64,000 nt of DNA, from contig CAXXMB010000002.1 of NCBI GenBank assembly GCA_963668675.2, positions 1,792,001 to 1,856,000 on the forward strand, in the 5' to 3' direction. The translations under genes and the position numbers were made by a program. The DNA is from an uncultured Desulfatitalea sp. Its GTDB lineage: Bacteria; Desulfobacterota; Desulfobacteria; Desulfobacterales; Desulfosarcinaceae. Under the pieces are notes generated by a model. It had not been told where the DNA came from. It saw nothing but the letters and a program-made list of their open reading frames with translations, and did not search any database. This document shows, piece after piece, positions 1 through 10,423 of the stretch (its first letter is position 1; each line of letters starts with the position of its first letter).

Positions 1-145
1 TGTACTAGTCATCCCCAACAGGGGGTGAGCCCCGAGCGACCGATATCGAGCGCCGAACCGGTATGTGGGCGGTTTCGGAAAAAGAAAAGTAAGCTCAGAG
101 AAGACGCGTCCCGTATGGGGAACATTGTATGCACGAAAAGGTGAA

Positions 146-259
146 ATGATGCGTATCGGCATAGCTGCAGACCACGGTGGGTTTGATTTGAAGGCGCAAC
201 TCACGGTAACCCTCAACGCCGCCGGTCATGAAGTGACGGACTTCGTCGTCCATCATTAA
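146..259 (+). pseudogene. rpiB: 5' fragment of RpiB/LacA/LacB sugar-phosphate isomerase
   Basis: MRIGIAADHGGFDLK...GHEVTDF is the RpiB N-terminus; it stops after ~37 codons. Confidence 0.8.
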
Positions 260-385
260 TCAGGCCATCGCTGTGGTCTTTTAGTGGCCGGTACCGACAA
301 AGCCGAAGTCTTGCAGGCGGTCCTGGCTGGCCCCCAAGACCCCCCTGCGGTTTCCCTCCCAGCTTATTCATCCTGACGCGGGCTG
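250..385 (+). pseudogene. pgl: 3' fragment of 6-phosphogluconolactonase (frameshifted)
   Basis: Across frames reads IINQAIAVVF/VAGTDKAEVLQAVLAGPQDP/RFPSQLIHP, resembling the Pgl C-terminus. Confidence 0.6.
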
Positions 386-409
386 AACGGGTTCGTCGAT
401 CAGGCGGTA

Positions 410-619
410 GATGCCTGGGGCAAGGGCATTGGGTCGAACCTGCTTAAAAAATGCCTTACCATTGCCGAAAAGATAGACTTTAAAACAGTACACGGCATTG
501 TGCTGCACGAGAACGAGAACATGCTTGCCTTGGGGAAAAAAATGGGGTTTGCCAGCAAAAGAGAGCCCGATGCCGGAGACAAGGAGCTGGTGATCCATTT
601 CGGAGAGAGCAGGCCATGA
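410..619 (+). pseudogene. 3' fragment of GNAT domain, paralogous to the end of the Pat-type gene (21531-21734)
   Basis: GKGIGSNLLKKCLTIAEK...VHGIVLHENENMLALGKKMGF...ELVIHFG aligns at DNA and protein level with 21531-21734. Confidence 0.8.
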
Positions 620-721
620 AGTCCACTCCGACTCGCTTTATTCGTGTTTTCCGATAGAGACCGTTTTGAACGCGAATTGCTGTCGATACCTTTCACCAGC
701 GGCGCCGAAGGGCCCGGAAAT

Positions 722-752
722 GGTCATATTTGATCACTGGTTGGATTTGACC
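722..752. promoter_or_regulatory. Tandem palindromic operator/UAS, copy A
   Basis: GGTCATATTTGATC-act-GGTTGGATTTGACC; same architecture at 11887, 12261 and 26850. Confidence 0.7.
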
Positions 753-853
753 CTTTTTTAGGTGCCGGTTCACGGCGACCCTGGCAATGCCTTCCATGCC
801 AATTAAGATTAAATATCAGCATGATGAAAGCGCTACCGCGGACGTTTAACACT

Positions 854-868
854 TGGCACAATGCTTGA
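854..868 (+). promoter_or_regulatory. sigma54 (-24/-12) promoter A
   Basis: TGGCACA-ATGC-TTGA, 132 bp downstream of UAS copy A, upstream of the small stress-gene cluster. Confidence 0.7.
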
Positions 869-1081
869 ATTCATATGTGTCTTATGGATTGCCACAACGA
901 TTTCCGTTCGCGTTGATCTTCATCTTCGAATCCTTTCTCTTTCTGCGATCGGTTGCCTCCCGCAGAAACGCAGCAGCTGCAGAACCGGCAATGTACAAAT
1001 ACGATCGACGAGATCAAAAAAGCCATCAGGAAGTAACTCTATATATCTGTAGAAACTGATGGCCATAGAAAGGAGTTCGAT

Positions 1082-1231
1082 ATGCTTTGGACCATATTTA
1101 TTATTCTACTGGTTTTATGGGCGCTGGGATTGATATCCGGCTACACGCTGGGCGGTGCCATTCATGCGTTGCTGATCATCGCCATCGTTGTGGTGCTGAT
1201 CCAAGTTTTTCAAGGCCGAAGACGAGTGTAA
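1082..1231 (+). CDS. lmo0937-family (DUF5670) small membrane protein, 49 aa
   Basis: MLWTIFIILLVLWALGLISGYTLGGAIHALLIIAIVVVLIQVFQGRRRV with an AAGGAG RBS; too short for the ORF track. Confidence 0.85.
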   Translation: MLWTIFIILLVLWALGLISGYTLGGAIHALLIIAIVVVLIQVFQGRRRV

Positions 1232-1285
1232 CCCTCTAAACCATCGCCAGACAAGGCGAGGTGTTTACCAAAAAGGAGAAAAACG

Positions 1286-1600
1286 ATGAAAAAGAGAAGT
1301 GGGCTTATCGGCTATTTGGTTTTATTTATGTTTATCGCCGCGTTTGTTGCCTGCGCATCGACAGCCACACAGGAAGGCACCGGAGAATACGTGGACGATT
1401 CGGTCATCACGACCAAAGTAAAATCCTATCTGGCCGCTGATGATTTTCTCAAATCCTTCCAAATCAATGTCGAGACCTTCAAGGGCACTGTGCAACTGAG
1501 CGGTTTTGTGAATACTCAAAAGGCTGTCGATAAAGCAGTCGAAATCGCACGCAGCGTGCAAGGGGTCAAATCCGTAAAGAATGATTTGATCGTGAAATAA
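1286..1600 (+). CDS. BON-domain lipoprotein (OsmY-like)
   Basis: Lipobox-like FVAC, EGTGEYVDDSVITTKVK, GTVQLSGFV, VKSVKNDL; AAGGAG RBS. Confidence 0.9.
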   Translation: MKKRSGLIGYLVLFMFIAAFVACASTATQEGTGEYVDDSVITTKVKSYLAADDFLKSFQINVETFKGTVQLSGFVNTQKAVDKAVEIARSVQGVKSVKNDLIVK

Positions 1601-1738
1601 GACGAGGCAGGCCTGGGGACCTGCGTCCGAATTTTCCACCGCCGGTTAAGACCTGTTGCTTTATCGGGTTGACGGCATCGCTGCACGCTACAGACTCAAG
1701 ATGCAGCGCAACAGTGCGGATATGAAAGGAGAAATACG

Positions 1739-1930
1739 ATGCCGTTGATTCAATTGGTCATCGTTTTGGTTGTCGTGGGGGTGGTGCTATGGCTGATCAA
1801 CAGCTACATACCGATGCAAGCCACCGTAAAGAAAATCCTCAATGCCGTCGTGATTATTGCATTGATCCTCTGGCTGTTGAGTGTCTTCGGGCTCATAGGC
1901 TCCCTCCAAGGGATTCGGATTGGGAGATGA
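1739..1930 (+). CDS. Thivi_2564-family small membrane protein
   Basis: LIQLVIVLVVVGVVLWLINSYIPM...KKILNAVVII; AAGGAG RBS. Confidence 0.8.
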   Translation: MPLIQLVIVLVVVGVVLWLINSYIPMQATVKKILNAVVIIALILWLLSVFGLIGSLQGIRIGR

Positions 1931-2046
1931 AAACCAACACATGGACAGGCATCATCCTGATCGTAATCGGAATAGTTGCTTTTACGTATCAGGGCATTGC
2001 CTGCACCACCAGGGAGAAAATCGTCGATCCGTGTGCATCCGTATGA
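1927..2046 (+). pseudogene. Truncated DUF3185-like small membrane protein
   Basis: GIILIVIGIVAFTYQGI..TTREKIVD, then loses similarity; ATGA overlap with the previous gene. Confidence 0.55.
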
Positions 2047-2106
2047 CGGCCAAGAAAAGAAGAAGGGCTGATGGGGTGGTTAGGTATCGACTTTAAGGAG
2101 GCTGCT

Positions 2107-2286
2107 ATGAAGGACAACCAAATAACAAACGAGGGAAAACAAGAGACGCAACTGAGAGCCCCGAGCCCAACAAGCGCTCAAATTAAAGGCGCGACGGACA
2201 AAACTGCGGCCGACGCGAAGATGGCGTTTTACAAAAGCGTTCAGGAGCTTCGCCGTGAAATCAGAATGCGTCAAACCGGATGGTAG
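2107..2286 (+). CDS. Small hypothetical protein
   Basis: Strong TAAGGAGG RBS before ATG 2107; no recognised motif. Confidence 0.35.
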   Translation: MKDNQITNEGKQETQLRAPSPTSAQIKGATDKTAADAKMAFYKSVQELRREIRMRQTGW

Positions 2287-2515
2287 AAAATGGCATTGCG
2301 GAAGCGCTTGATGTCACCCTTTCCCTTTCTTCAAAAAAGCAGAGGATTGCCATACAAGGGCCCTTCAATGAACTTCGGATCGAAAAGGAAAACATCTTCA
2401 AGTCCATTGCCGGTCCCGTATTGAATCCGATGCAAGATGCGTGGCAATCCATTCAGGGTCAAGAATGCACGGTATTTTGCTCTGGTTCCGCAGCCCATCC
2501 GCAGGGGTAGCCACG

Positions 2516-4453
2516 ATGGCGATGATTACTGCTGGAAGTGAAAAAGCGATCCCTGATACACCGAAAAGTGAAGGTGCTCAACCCGAGAAGAAAAGTCGCC
2601 TGGTGCAGCTTTCGCTGGCTGCGCTGGGGGTGGTTTTCGGGGATATCAGCACCAGCCCGATATATGCCATTAGGGAGTGTTTCCACGGTGAATACGGTAT
2701 CGATGTGAGTCATGCCAACATCTTGGGAATCCTTTCCCTGATGTTTTGGGCGCTGGTCATGATCGTGGGCTTCAAATACCTGGCATTCGTTTTTCGCGCC
2801 AACAACCATGGGGAAGGCGGTGAAATTGCTCTCATCGCCTTGATTCACGGTAAAAATGGGGATTCCGAAAACCAGCGAAGGTTAGGCGTCATCGCCCTGG
2901 GCCTTTTTGCGGCGTGCCTGCTGTATGGGGACGGCATGATCACCCCGGCGATTTCCGTTTTGAGCGCCGTGGAAGGGATTGGTATCGTCACCCCCGTTTT
3001 CGGGCGCTATGTGATCCCCATCACCATTGCCATTCTGATAGGCCTTTTTCTGATCCAGCGCCACGGTACAGCCCGGTTGGGCGGCCTCTTTGGGCCGGTG
3101 ATTCTGATTTGGCTCACTTTTTTGGCCGTGACCGGAGCCGCCCAAGTGGCCCATACGCCGCAAGTGCTCGCGGCGGTATTCCCGTGGTATGCAATCCACT
3201 TTCTGATTTTAAACAAACTGCAAGGGTTTATTGTGTTGGGCGCTGTTTTCCTGGTGGTCACCGGCACCGAGGCGTTATACGCCGATATGGGGCATTTCGG
3301 CACCCGGCCCATTCGTCTGACCTGGTTTGCCATTGCTTTTCCCGCCCTGGTGTTGAACTATTTCGGCCAGGGGGCCCTTCTCCTGGTCAACCCGGAAGCG
3401 GCGGGCCATCCTTTTTACGCGATGGTGCCCGCTTGGGCGATGGTTCCGACGGTATTGTTGGCCACCCTGGCCACCATCATCGCCTCCCAGGCGGTCATCA
3501 GCGGCGCTTTTTCCATGACCCGACAAGCGATCCAACTGGGATACCTCCCGCGTTTGAACATTCGGCATACCGCCGCAACGCAAATTGGCCAGATCTATGT
3601 GGCCCCGGTCAATTGGATGCTCATGGTCTGCACAATCTCCCTTGTGGCCGGCTTTCAATCTTCCAGCAAACTTGCGGCTGCATACGGGCTAGCCGTAACC
3701 TCAACGATGATCATTAACACAGTGCTGTTTTTTGTTGTGATCCGCAGAAAGTGGCATTGGCCTTTGATCTGGGCCGCACCGCTGGCAGCCCTCTTTTTAC
3801 TGGTGGACGTGCCTTTTTTTGCGGCCAACATCAGCAAAATCTTTCATGGTGCCTGGTTTCCGCTGGTTATCGGAGCTGCATTCTTTACACTGATGCTCAC
3901 CTGGGCCAAGGGACGCCGGATACTGACAGGCAAACTGCGTGAAAATATGCCACCCTTGCATCAATTTATCGTCGATCTGGGCAGCCGACCGCCATGTAAA
4001 ATCGAAGGGGACGCTGTTTATTTAACGGGAAATCAAAATGTCGTACCCGTGGCCCTGGCAAAGAACGTCAAGCACAACAACGTTATTCACAGTCGGACAA
4101 TATTGCTGCAGTTTCAGGTGGAAGATGTTCCGCGGGTTCCTAATCTCGAAAAGATTAAAACCGAAAAATTGGGCAGCGGGTTTCATCGCATCATGGCCCG
4201 CTATGGCTTCATGGAAGATCCCACGTTGGACAGTGTTCTGGCACTGGCGCGGGGGCAGGGTTTGGATCTCAATCCGGAAGCAACGAGTTTTTACATCGGC
4301 CGTGAAAACCTGGTTGTCGCGGAAACATCCGCCATGGCGCGCTGGCGTGCGAGCCTTTTCATTTTCATGTCCCGCAACGCGGCCGATGCCACCTCGTTTT
4401 TTAATCTTCCAGAGGATCGAGTGGTTGAGGTCGGCGTTCGGCTGTCAATCTGA
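2516..4453 (+). CDS. kup: KUP/HAK/KT potassium uptake transporter
   Basis: ALGVVFGDISTSPIYA, GEGG, GDGMITPAISVLSAVEG, EALYADMGHFG, RYGFMEDP; start codon uncertain. Confidence 0.95.
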   Translation: MAMITAGSEKAIPDTPKSEGAQPEKKSRLVQLSLAALGVVFGDISTSPIYAIRECFHGEYGIDVSHANILGILSLMFWALVMIVGFKYLAFVFRANNHGEGGEIALIALIHGKNGDSENQRRLGVIALGLFAACLLYGDGMITPAISVLSAVEGIGIVTPVFGRYVIPITIAILIGLFLIQRHGTARLGGLFGPVILIWLTFLAVTGAAQVAHTPQVLAAVFPWYAIHFLILNKLQGFIVLGAVFLVVTGTEALYADMGHFGTRPIRLTWFAIAFPALVLNYFGQGALLLVNPEAAGHPFYAMVPAWAMVPTVLLATLATIIASQAVISGAFSMTRQAIQLGYLPRLNIRHTAATQIGQIYVAPVNWMLMVCTISLVAGFQSSSKLAAAYGLAVTSTMIINTVLFFVVIRRKWHWPLIWAAPLAALFLLVDVPFFAANISKIFHGAWFPLVIGAAFFTLMLTWAKGRRILTGKLRENMPPLHQFIVDLGSRPPCKIEGDAVYLTGNQNVVPVALAKNVKHNNVIHSRTILLQFQVEDVPRVPNLEKIKTEKLGSGFHRIMARYGFMEDPTLDSVLALARGQGLDLNPEATSFYIGRENLVVAETSAMARWRASLFIFMSRNAADATSFFNLPEDRVVEVGVRLSI

Positions 4454-4651
4454 CCTGTCTGCCGATGGTCGGGATAATAAATTCAGGAATGCGTTGCAAG
4501 GGCTTCTTCCACTTGCATCAAATTCCTTATCGCTACTCTATTCCTTACCAGTTGTAGCGTACAGTAATTTTTCAATGATTGCTTGAAGTTGGATCATCCC
4601 TGATGCTATGATTAAAATCAGTATGTTATACGCCATCCATGAGGAAGCGGT

Positions 4652-7642
4652 ATGCCAACGAAAAAAAAGAGTACCGACGCCAAAGGGGTCAAAGCCAAAT
4701 CAAATACCAAGACCGGCCGGGTTAAGCGATCACAGTCAAGTATGAGCTTAAACAAAACGTTTCCGGTGGTCGGCTTGGGCGCATCCGCAGGCGGGCTGGA
4801 AGCGCTGAGATCCTTTTTTAACGAGGTGACGGTAAACAGCGGCATGGCCTTTATCGTGGTTGTCCATATGGCCCCCAAACAGCCGAGCCTGATGCCCGAA
4901 CTCTTACAAAAAGTAACCCCGGTACCGGTTTCAACCGCCAAAGATGGGCAGACCATCGCACCCGATCATATCTACGTCATTCCGCCGGACAAGGAGATAA
5001 GTGTATTCAAAGGCAAAATTCAGCTATTGGATATCATCGATAAACGCCCGATGCTGCCCATCGATTCGTTTCTAAAATCACTTGCCCGTGACCAAGGGGA
5101 CAATGCTGCGGCGGTTATATTATCGGGTACCGGTACGGATGGCACCCTCGGTGCGAAAGAGATTAAAGCCAACGACGGGCTGGTCCTGGCTCAATCGGAA
5201 GAATCGGCCGGCTATGACGGAATGCCCCGCAGTGTCATCAGCAGTGGTGTAGTGGATTTTATCATGGCACCGGATGAGATGCCTCAAAAGCTCACCCGCT
5301 ATTTTATGCACCATGATATTGCCCTCAAAAAAAAGCCTGCTGCTGACAGTAATCAACGGGCGTGGCTGAACAAGATCTTTGCTATTTTACGAACCCAGAT
5401 CGGACATGATTTTTCCCAATACAAGGTCAATACGCTGCTGCGCCGCATCAATCGCCGCATGGGAATGAACCAGATCGAAAACCATGGACAGTATGTGCGC
5501 TATCTGCGCGAAAATCCTGCCGAAGTACAAGCGTTGTTCAGCGAGCTGTTGATCGGGGTGACCCATTTTTTCCGCGACGCCGAGTCCTTCAATGCCCTTA
5601 AAACCAACATTCTTCCGGAGCTGCTTGGCCAATTGAAAGAAGACGACACCTTCCGGGCTTGGATTGCAGGATGCTCCACGGGCGAAGAGGTCTATTCACT
5701 GGCGATGGTGATCCGCGAGCTGCTGGACACAAACCTCAAACATATCAACCTGCAATTGTTCGGCACGGACATTGATCATCATGCCATCGATAAAGCCAGG
5801 CAAGGGATTTTTCCGGCCGGCATCGCAGCCGATGTCAGTGACGAGCGGCTGAAGCGGTTTTTCATCAAAGAGGGCGAGTCGTTTCGCATCCGCAAAGAGA
5901 TCAGAGACTGTGCCGTCTTCTCTGCTCAGGATCTGATCAAAGATCCGCCTTTTTCGCGACTGCATCTGCTGTGCTGCCGTAACCTGTTGATCTACCTGAA
6001 CAGCGAAGCCCAAAAAAAGCTTTTGCCTTTGTTCCATTACACCCTGCTGCCCGAAGGCGTCCTTATGTTGGGATCCTCGGAAACCATCGGCGGGTTTTCC
6101 AACCTGTTCAACACCCTGGATAAAAAATGGAAAATATTTAAACGGCGCGAGGTGCCGCATGCCCTGCGTCAGCAGGTCGACTTTCCCAGCGGACCACCCA
6201 CGCCGGACAGAGGCGCCGGGGTCGCTGAGGGGGCCGCAACAGCAGAAGAGAAAGTCAATATCGCCCAGATCACGCAACGGGCCATCCTTGAACAGTTTGC
6301 CCCCACAGCCCTTCTCATCAATGCCGAAGGTAATATTTTGCATGTCCAGGGCCGCACCGGAAAATACCTGGAAACCCCCAGCGGCCCCCCCACGCGCAAC
6401 ATCATCGACATGACCCGGGAGGGGCTGCGCATCGAACTCTCCTCGGCCATCCGGGCGGCCAAATCTTCCAACCAACGGGTAACGCGCAGGAACATGGCCG
6501 TTAAAGTAAACGGCGACATCCGGCTGGTCGACCTGCATGTTTGTCCCCAGAATACACCCAAGGCGCTTTCCAGGTCCTTGCTGGTGGTTTTCGAAGATGT
6601 CGAAGCTGCAATGCCATCAGGTTCTCAGCAGGGTGATGAAGGACACTTGCACCAAGAGGCCAGTCGCATTGAAGCGCTGGAAAGAGAACTGCTGAGCACC
6701 CGCGAAAGCCATCAGACCGCCGTCGAAGAAATGGAGTCTTCCAACGAGGAGCTCAAATCCATTAACGAAGAGATGCAGTCTTCCAATGAAGAGCTCCAGT
6801 CGAGCAACGAGGAGTTGGAATCTTCCAGGGAAGAGCTTCAATCTTTGAACGAAGAGCTGCATACGGTCAATGCCGAGCTGCAAAGCAAGGTGGAAGAGCT
6901 GTCGGCAGTCCACGACGATATGCGCAATCTGCTCAACAGCACGGAGATCGGCACCATTTTCGTGGACAAAAACATGCGGGTCAGGCGCTTTACCTTGCAA
7001 GCCACCACCATCATCAATCTGATTCAATCCGACATCGGGCGCCCGTTGCAGCACCTGGTCACCAACCTCTCCTATGAGGGAATGATCAGCGACCTGAGCG
7101 ATGTGCTGAAAAAGCTCACCCCCAAGGAGGTCGAGGTGCAGACCACGGAAGGTGCATGGTATAAGATGCGCATTATCCCCTATCGCACCACGGATAACCG
7201 GATCGACGGTGCAGTGCTCACCTTTGCCTCCATTACTGAACAGAAACAGGCCCAACTCGTGCTGAGCGCCGCCAAACTGGAAATGGAGCAGGCCTGGCTG
7301 TTGATACGCAATATTTTCGACATGAATTCCGATCCGCTGGTCGTGCTTGACCAGGAGGGCAAGATGGTCACGGCCAATTCGGCTTTTGCGGATATAACGA
7401 ACCTGCGCCCTGAAAAAATTAAGGACATGGATATCTTCAACATCAACAGCCGTCTGCCGGGGGGGGGCGACCTGATGGCCGATTTAAAAACGGCTTTGGC
7501 AAAAGGGGAGAATTTCCAGATCAGTCCAGGAAAGATGTCCCCATCAGAAAAGACAGGCGCCTACCTGATGATGGGTCAGATCATTCGTACAGACGACGCA
7601 TTGCCCTATCGTATTCTTCTGCGGTTTGTAAAGGAGCGCTGA
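4652..7642 (+). CDS. CheB/CheR fusion protein with coiled coil and PAS domains
   Basis: VVGLGASAGGLEAL and ILSGTGTDG (CheB); AGCSTGEEVYS and CRNLLIY (CheR); ELQSSNEEL repeats; C-terminal PAS. Confidence 0.93.
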   Translation: MPTKKKSTDAKGVKAKSNTKTGRVKRSQSSMSLNKTFPVVGLGASAGGLEALRSFFNEVTVNSGMAFIVVVHMAPKQPSLMPELLQKVTPVPVSTAKDGQTIAPDHIYVIPPDKEISVFKGKIQLLDIIDKRPMLPIDSFLKSLARDQGDNAAAVILSGTGTDGTLGAKEIKANDGLVLAQSEESAGYDGMPRSVISSGVVDFIMAPDEMPQKLTRYFMHHDIALKKKPAADSNQRAWLNKIFAILRTQIGHDFSQYKVNTLLRRINRRMGMNQIENHGQYVRYLRENPAEVQALFSELLIGVTHFFRDAESFNALKTNILPELLGQLKEDDTFRAWIAGCSTGEEVYSLAMVIRELLDTNLKHINLQLFGTDIDHHAIDKARQGIFPAGIAADVSDERLKRFFIKEGESFRIRKEIRDCAVFSAQDLIKDPPFSRLHLLCCRNLLIYLNSEAQKKLLPLFHYTLLPEGVLMLGSSETIGGFSNLFNTLDKKWKIFKRREVPHALRQQVDFPSGPPTPDRGAGVAEGAATAEEKVNIAQITQRAILEQFAPTALLINAEGNILHVQGRTGKYLETPSGPPTRNIIDMTREGLRIELSSAIRAAKSSNQRVTRRNMAVKVNGDIRLVDLHVCPQNTPKALSRSLLVVFEDVEAAMPSGSQQGDEGHLHQEASRIEALERELLSTRESHQTAVEEMESSNEELKSINEEMQSSNEELQSSNEELESSREELQSLNEELHTVNAELQSKVEELSAVHDDMRNLLNSTEIGTIFVDKNMRVRRFTLQATTIINLIQSDIGRPLQHLVTNLSYEGMISDLSDVLKKLTPKEVEVQTTEGAWYKMRIIPYRTTDNRIDGAVLTFASITEQKQAQLVLSAAKLEMEQAWLLIRNIFDMNSDPLVVLDQEGKMVTANSAFADITNLRPEKIKDMDIFNINSRLPGGGDLMADLKTALAKGENFQISPGKMSPSEKTGAYLMMGQIIRTDDALPYRILLRFVKER

Positions 7643-7655
7643 AAGGAAGTAGAAA

Positions 7656-9188
7656 ATGAGGCCCCCTCAACATCAATCAGATCAATCAAACAAATTCGAT
7701 CGGCTTCGCCGGCAAGCCGAAAAATTGATCAAAGAACGATCCGAACTTGACTTTCAAGCACCCGCCGATTTGCTCGAATTGATCCACGAACTCAAAATCC
7801 ACCAGGCGGAACTGGAGATCCAGAACGAAGAGCTCAAACGGGCGCAACTGGAACTGACCGACCTGTATCGTCAATTTGAGGATCTCTATGAATTTGCGCC
7901 ATGCGGCTATCTGAGCCTCAATCCAAAGGGATTGATTGCCCGCATTAATCTGGCCGGGGCGATGCTTTTAAATGGGTTGCGCAAAAACATCCTGCACAGC
8001 GGTTTCAGCCAGTTCATTGTCCCGGACTGGCAAGATGCCTACCTTGACGCCCTTAATAAAGCCGGTCGGACCGGCGAAAAACAAAGTTTGGAATTGCAGC
8101 TCAATAGTGCCAAAGGATCAGACACCTGGGTCTGGGCGCAGATCCAGGCGAATCGGGCTGAAAACGGGGCGGTAATTCAGTGGCGGATGACACTGGTGGA
8201 TATCTCTGCAAAAAAGGAAATTGATATCGCCTTGCACAGCAGTGAGAAGAAGTTTCGGCAGTTGTTCCATGAAATGGTCGGCGGGGCCGTTTTACTGGAG
8301 ATCACGAACCGGGATAAGCGGGGTCGACCCACCGTTGCCCGCATTGTGGAGGCAAACGCGGCTTTCGAGCGCCTGACCGACATCCCGCGCGACCAGGCGG
8401 TGGGCAGAACCATGCGCGAGATCTGGCCGCAGAAGGGATCCTATTGGTTCAAACTATTCAGCCGGGCCATGCGCAGCGGCAAACCCTTTCAGGTGGAGCA
8501 AAAACATCAGCAATTGGGCCGGCATTTCCTGGTATCGGCTTTTGTGTTGGAAGATCAACGCATCGGCGCCACATTTATTGATATCAGCGCCCAAAAAAAA
8601 ATCGAAGAGACACTCGACAAGGCCAAGCGTAATCTGGGAATCCAAGTCAAAAACCGCACAGCGGAATTGTTGCTGGCCAATCAGAAGCTTCAAGATGAGG
8701 TTGAATCCCGAAAGCTTGCCCAAGGTGCGTTGCTGCAAAAATCTAAAGAGCTGGAGGTTTATGCAGTTGGATTGGAAGAGGCCAACATCGCCTTAAAGGT
8801 GCTGCTCAAAGAGCGTGAAAATGAGCGTCACGCACTTGAAGAAAAGGTGGTTTGCAACATTAATGAGCTGACCCAGCCGCACCTTGAAAAACTGGCAGCC
8901 GGGAACCTGAATCAACGGCAACGGGCCATAGTCGATTCCATAAAAAGCAGCCTGGACGACATTACCTCACCGCTTAGCCGGCGGTTCATCATCGAGAGCA
9001 GTCATCTAACGCCTGTGGAGTCCCAGGTGGCCACTTTTATCCGCAAAGGTAAAACCACCAAGGAGATTGCCGGCTTTATGGGCGTGGAAACCAGCACCAT
9101 CGATTTTCACCGACTCAATATTCGCCGCAAGCTCGGACTGACCGGTAAAAAGATAAATTTAGAATCTCATCTCAAATCTCTACTGTGA
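7656..9188 (+). CDS. PAS-PAS-LuxR-type HTH transcriptional regulator
   Basis: [18 protein letters not shown] coil, [12 protein letters not shown], second [25 protein letters not shown]...[11 protein letters not shown]uxR HTH. Confidence 0.9.
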   Translation: MRPPQHQSDQSNKFDRLRRQAEKLIKERSELDFQAPADLLELIHELKIHQAELEIQNEELKRAQLELTDLYRQFEDLYEFAPCGYLSLNPKGLIARINLAGAMLLNGLRKNILHSGFSQFIVPDWQDAYLDALNKAGRTGEKQSLELQLNSAKGSDTWVWAQIQANRAENGAVIQWRMTLVDISAKKEIDIALHSSEKKFRQLFHEMVGGAVLLEITNRDKRGRPTVARIVEANAAFERLTDIPRDQAVGRTMREIWPQKGSYWFKLFSRAMRSGKPFQVEQKHQQLGRHFLVSAFVLEDQRIGATFIDISAQKKIEETLDKAKRNLGIQVKNRTAELLLANQKLQDEVESRKLAQGALLQKSKELEVYAVGLEEANIALKVLLKERENERHALEEKVVCNINELTQPHLEKLAAGNLNQRQRAIVDSIKSSLDDITSPLSRRFIIESSHLTPVESQVATFIRKGKTTKEIAGFMGVETSTIDFHRLNIRRKLGLTGKKINLESHLKSLL

Positions 9189-9291
9189 TATGTGGATTTG
9201 CCCCGCATTGCCCTCCTGTTTGTCCCGTCTTGCCGTATTGCAGCTGTTTGATTATTGTTAACACTGAAGAAAAGAGACCCAACAGTAGTTG

Positions 9292-9413
9292 TTAAAGCGG
9301 CAATTAAATAGACCAACCTTTGTCATCCCGGACTTGATCCGGGATCCAGCAGCCGTCTGGGTTCCGTCTTTCGCGGGAATGGCGGTTGTTGCGGTATTTA
9401 GTTGCCGAGTTAA
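9292..9413. mobile_element. 122-bp MITE-like element, copy 1
   Basis: Terminal IRs TTAAAGCGGCAATTAAATA / TATTTAGTTGCCGAGTTAA, internal GTCATCCCGGACTTGATCCGGGATCC palindrome; same length as copy 2. Confidence 0.8.
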
Positions 9414-9597
9414 TAACATCGCCTGCAGGCATGCAATGGAGAGATGCAAACACTCGGCGCTGAAGGCTGGCCCGTCTCAAGGCGGAAGTAGTAAGTCCCC
9501 TAAGATTGCTTTTCGATATCCATGGGATCAAAACCCTTTTTTCCAACTGCTGTAGTCCGGCGCAATAGCACGTCAAATCATATAGACGGGGTGACAT

Positions 9598-10128
9598 ATG
9601 GCATTCGTTTCAGAAGTAAAAACAGTCTACCAGACGCATGACGCAACATCATACAGGCCCGAACCCCTGCGCGCCCTGGTCGTGGATGATGATCATTGCT
9701 TGGTGCAAGTCGTGCAGCAAATGATGGAAGTTCTCGGATTCAGGGCCGACTCTGCCAACGGGGGCCATGCAGCCATAAGATATCTATCCCAATCCAGGTA
9801 TGATTTAATGGTAACCGACCTGCAAATGCCGGACATGGACGGTTATGAGCTATCCGGCTGGCTCAAAAATAAATCCAAGGATACAAGAGTGATCGTCATG
9901 ACGGGGTGCTGCCACGCCGATGTGGTTAATTATATGAACACCGGCATAGTAGATCGCTGGATGTTCAAGCCGTTTAGCTTGACCAAGCTGGCTGGGATCG
10001 TGGGTGAGTTGGTCCCCGCCGATTACCTAAGTCCCTTTGCCAAAACCAAGATCACTGTCTGCCATCCTGGATCAGCGCCTGACGACGGTCAGCGTAAAGC
10101 CATAGTACGGGGTTTCCCCCCCTATTAA
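9598..10128 (+). CDS. Stand-alone response regulator receiver protein
   Basis: ALVVDDD, VTDLQMPDMDG, VMTG, FKPF. Confidence 0.88.
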   Translation: MAFVSEVKTVYQTHDATSYRPEPLRALVVDDDHCLVQVVQQMMEVLGFRADSANGGHAAIRYLSQSRYDLMVTDLQMPDMDGYELSGWLKNKSKDTRVIVMTGCCHADVVNYMNTGIVDRWMFKPFSLTKLAGIVGELVPADYLSPFAKTKITVCHPGSAPDDGQRKAIVRGFPPY

Positions 10129-10423
10129 GCTCGCTGGCAACCCATATTGAGTTTCCGGCCCCGCCATTCATATAATAGAACTTCGTCGTTTAATTAGGTC
10201 TAAACCAAAACAGTGTTCTCGAGAACGCGGCAAGCCTGATTTATGCTTGTTGATAAATGACCCGAACCAGGTATCTACCTCTCTTCTCGTGTAATTGCCC
10301 GAAGCACTGATACAGGTGCTGTCCCATTTCGCCTGATGATATAACCGTACCGCCTCAATGGCTCGACACCGATTGTTTTTCGACCGCTGTCAAAAGAGCC
10401 ACCTTCAAGATAGGAAAAATATA

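Noticed and set aside
957..980. Short similarity to 27030-27051 (CTCCCGCAG..CGCA..GCTGC) downstream of promoters A and C
   Set aside because: Only ~20 nt with gaps, at different distances from the promoters, and absent from B and D
2290..2515. Possible c-di-AMP (ydaO) riboswitch before kup
   Set aside because: Only a TGAATCC word matches; the other conserved blocks were not found
6720..6900. Repetitive DNA resembling a tandem repeat
   Set aside because: Encodes the normal ELQSSNEEL heptads of CheBR proteins
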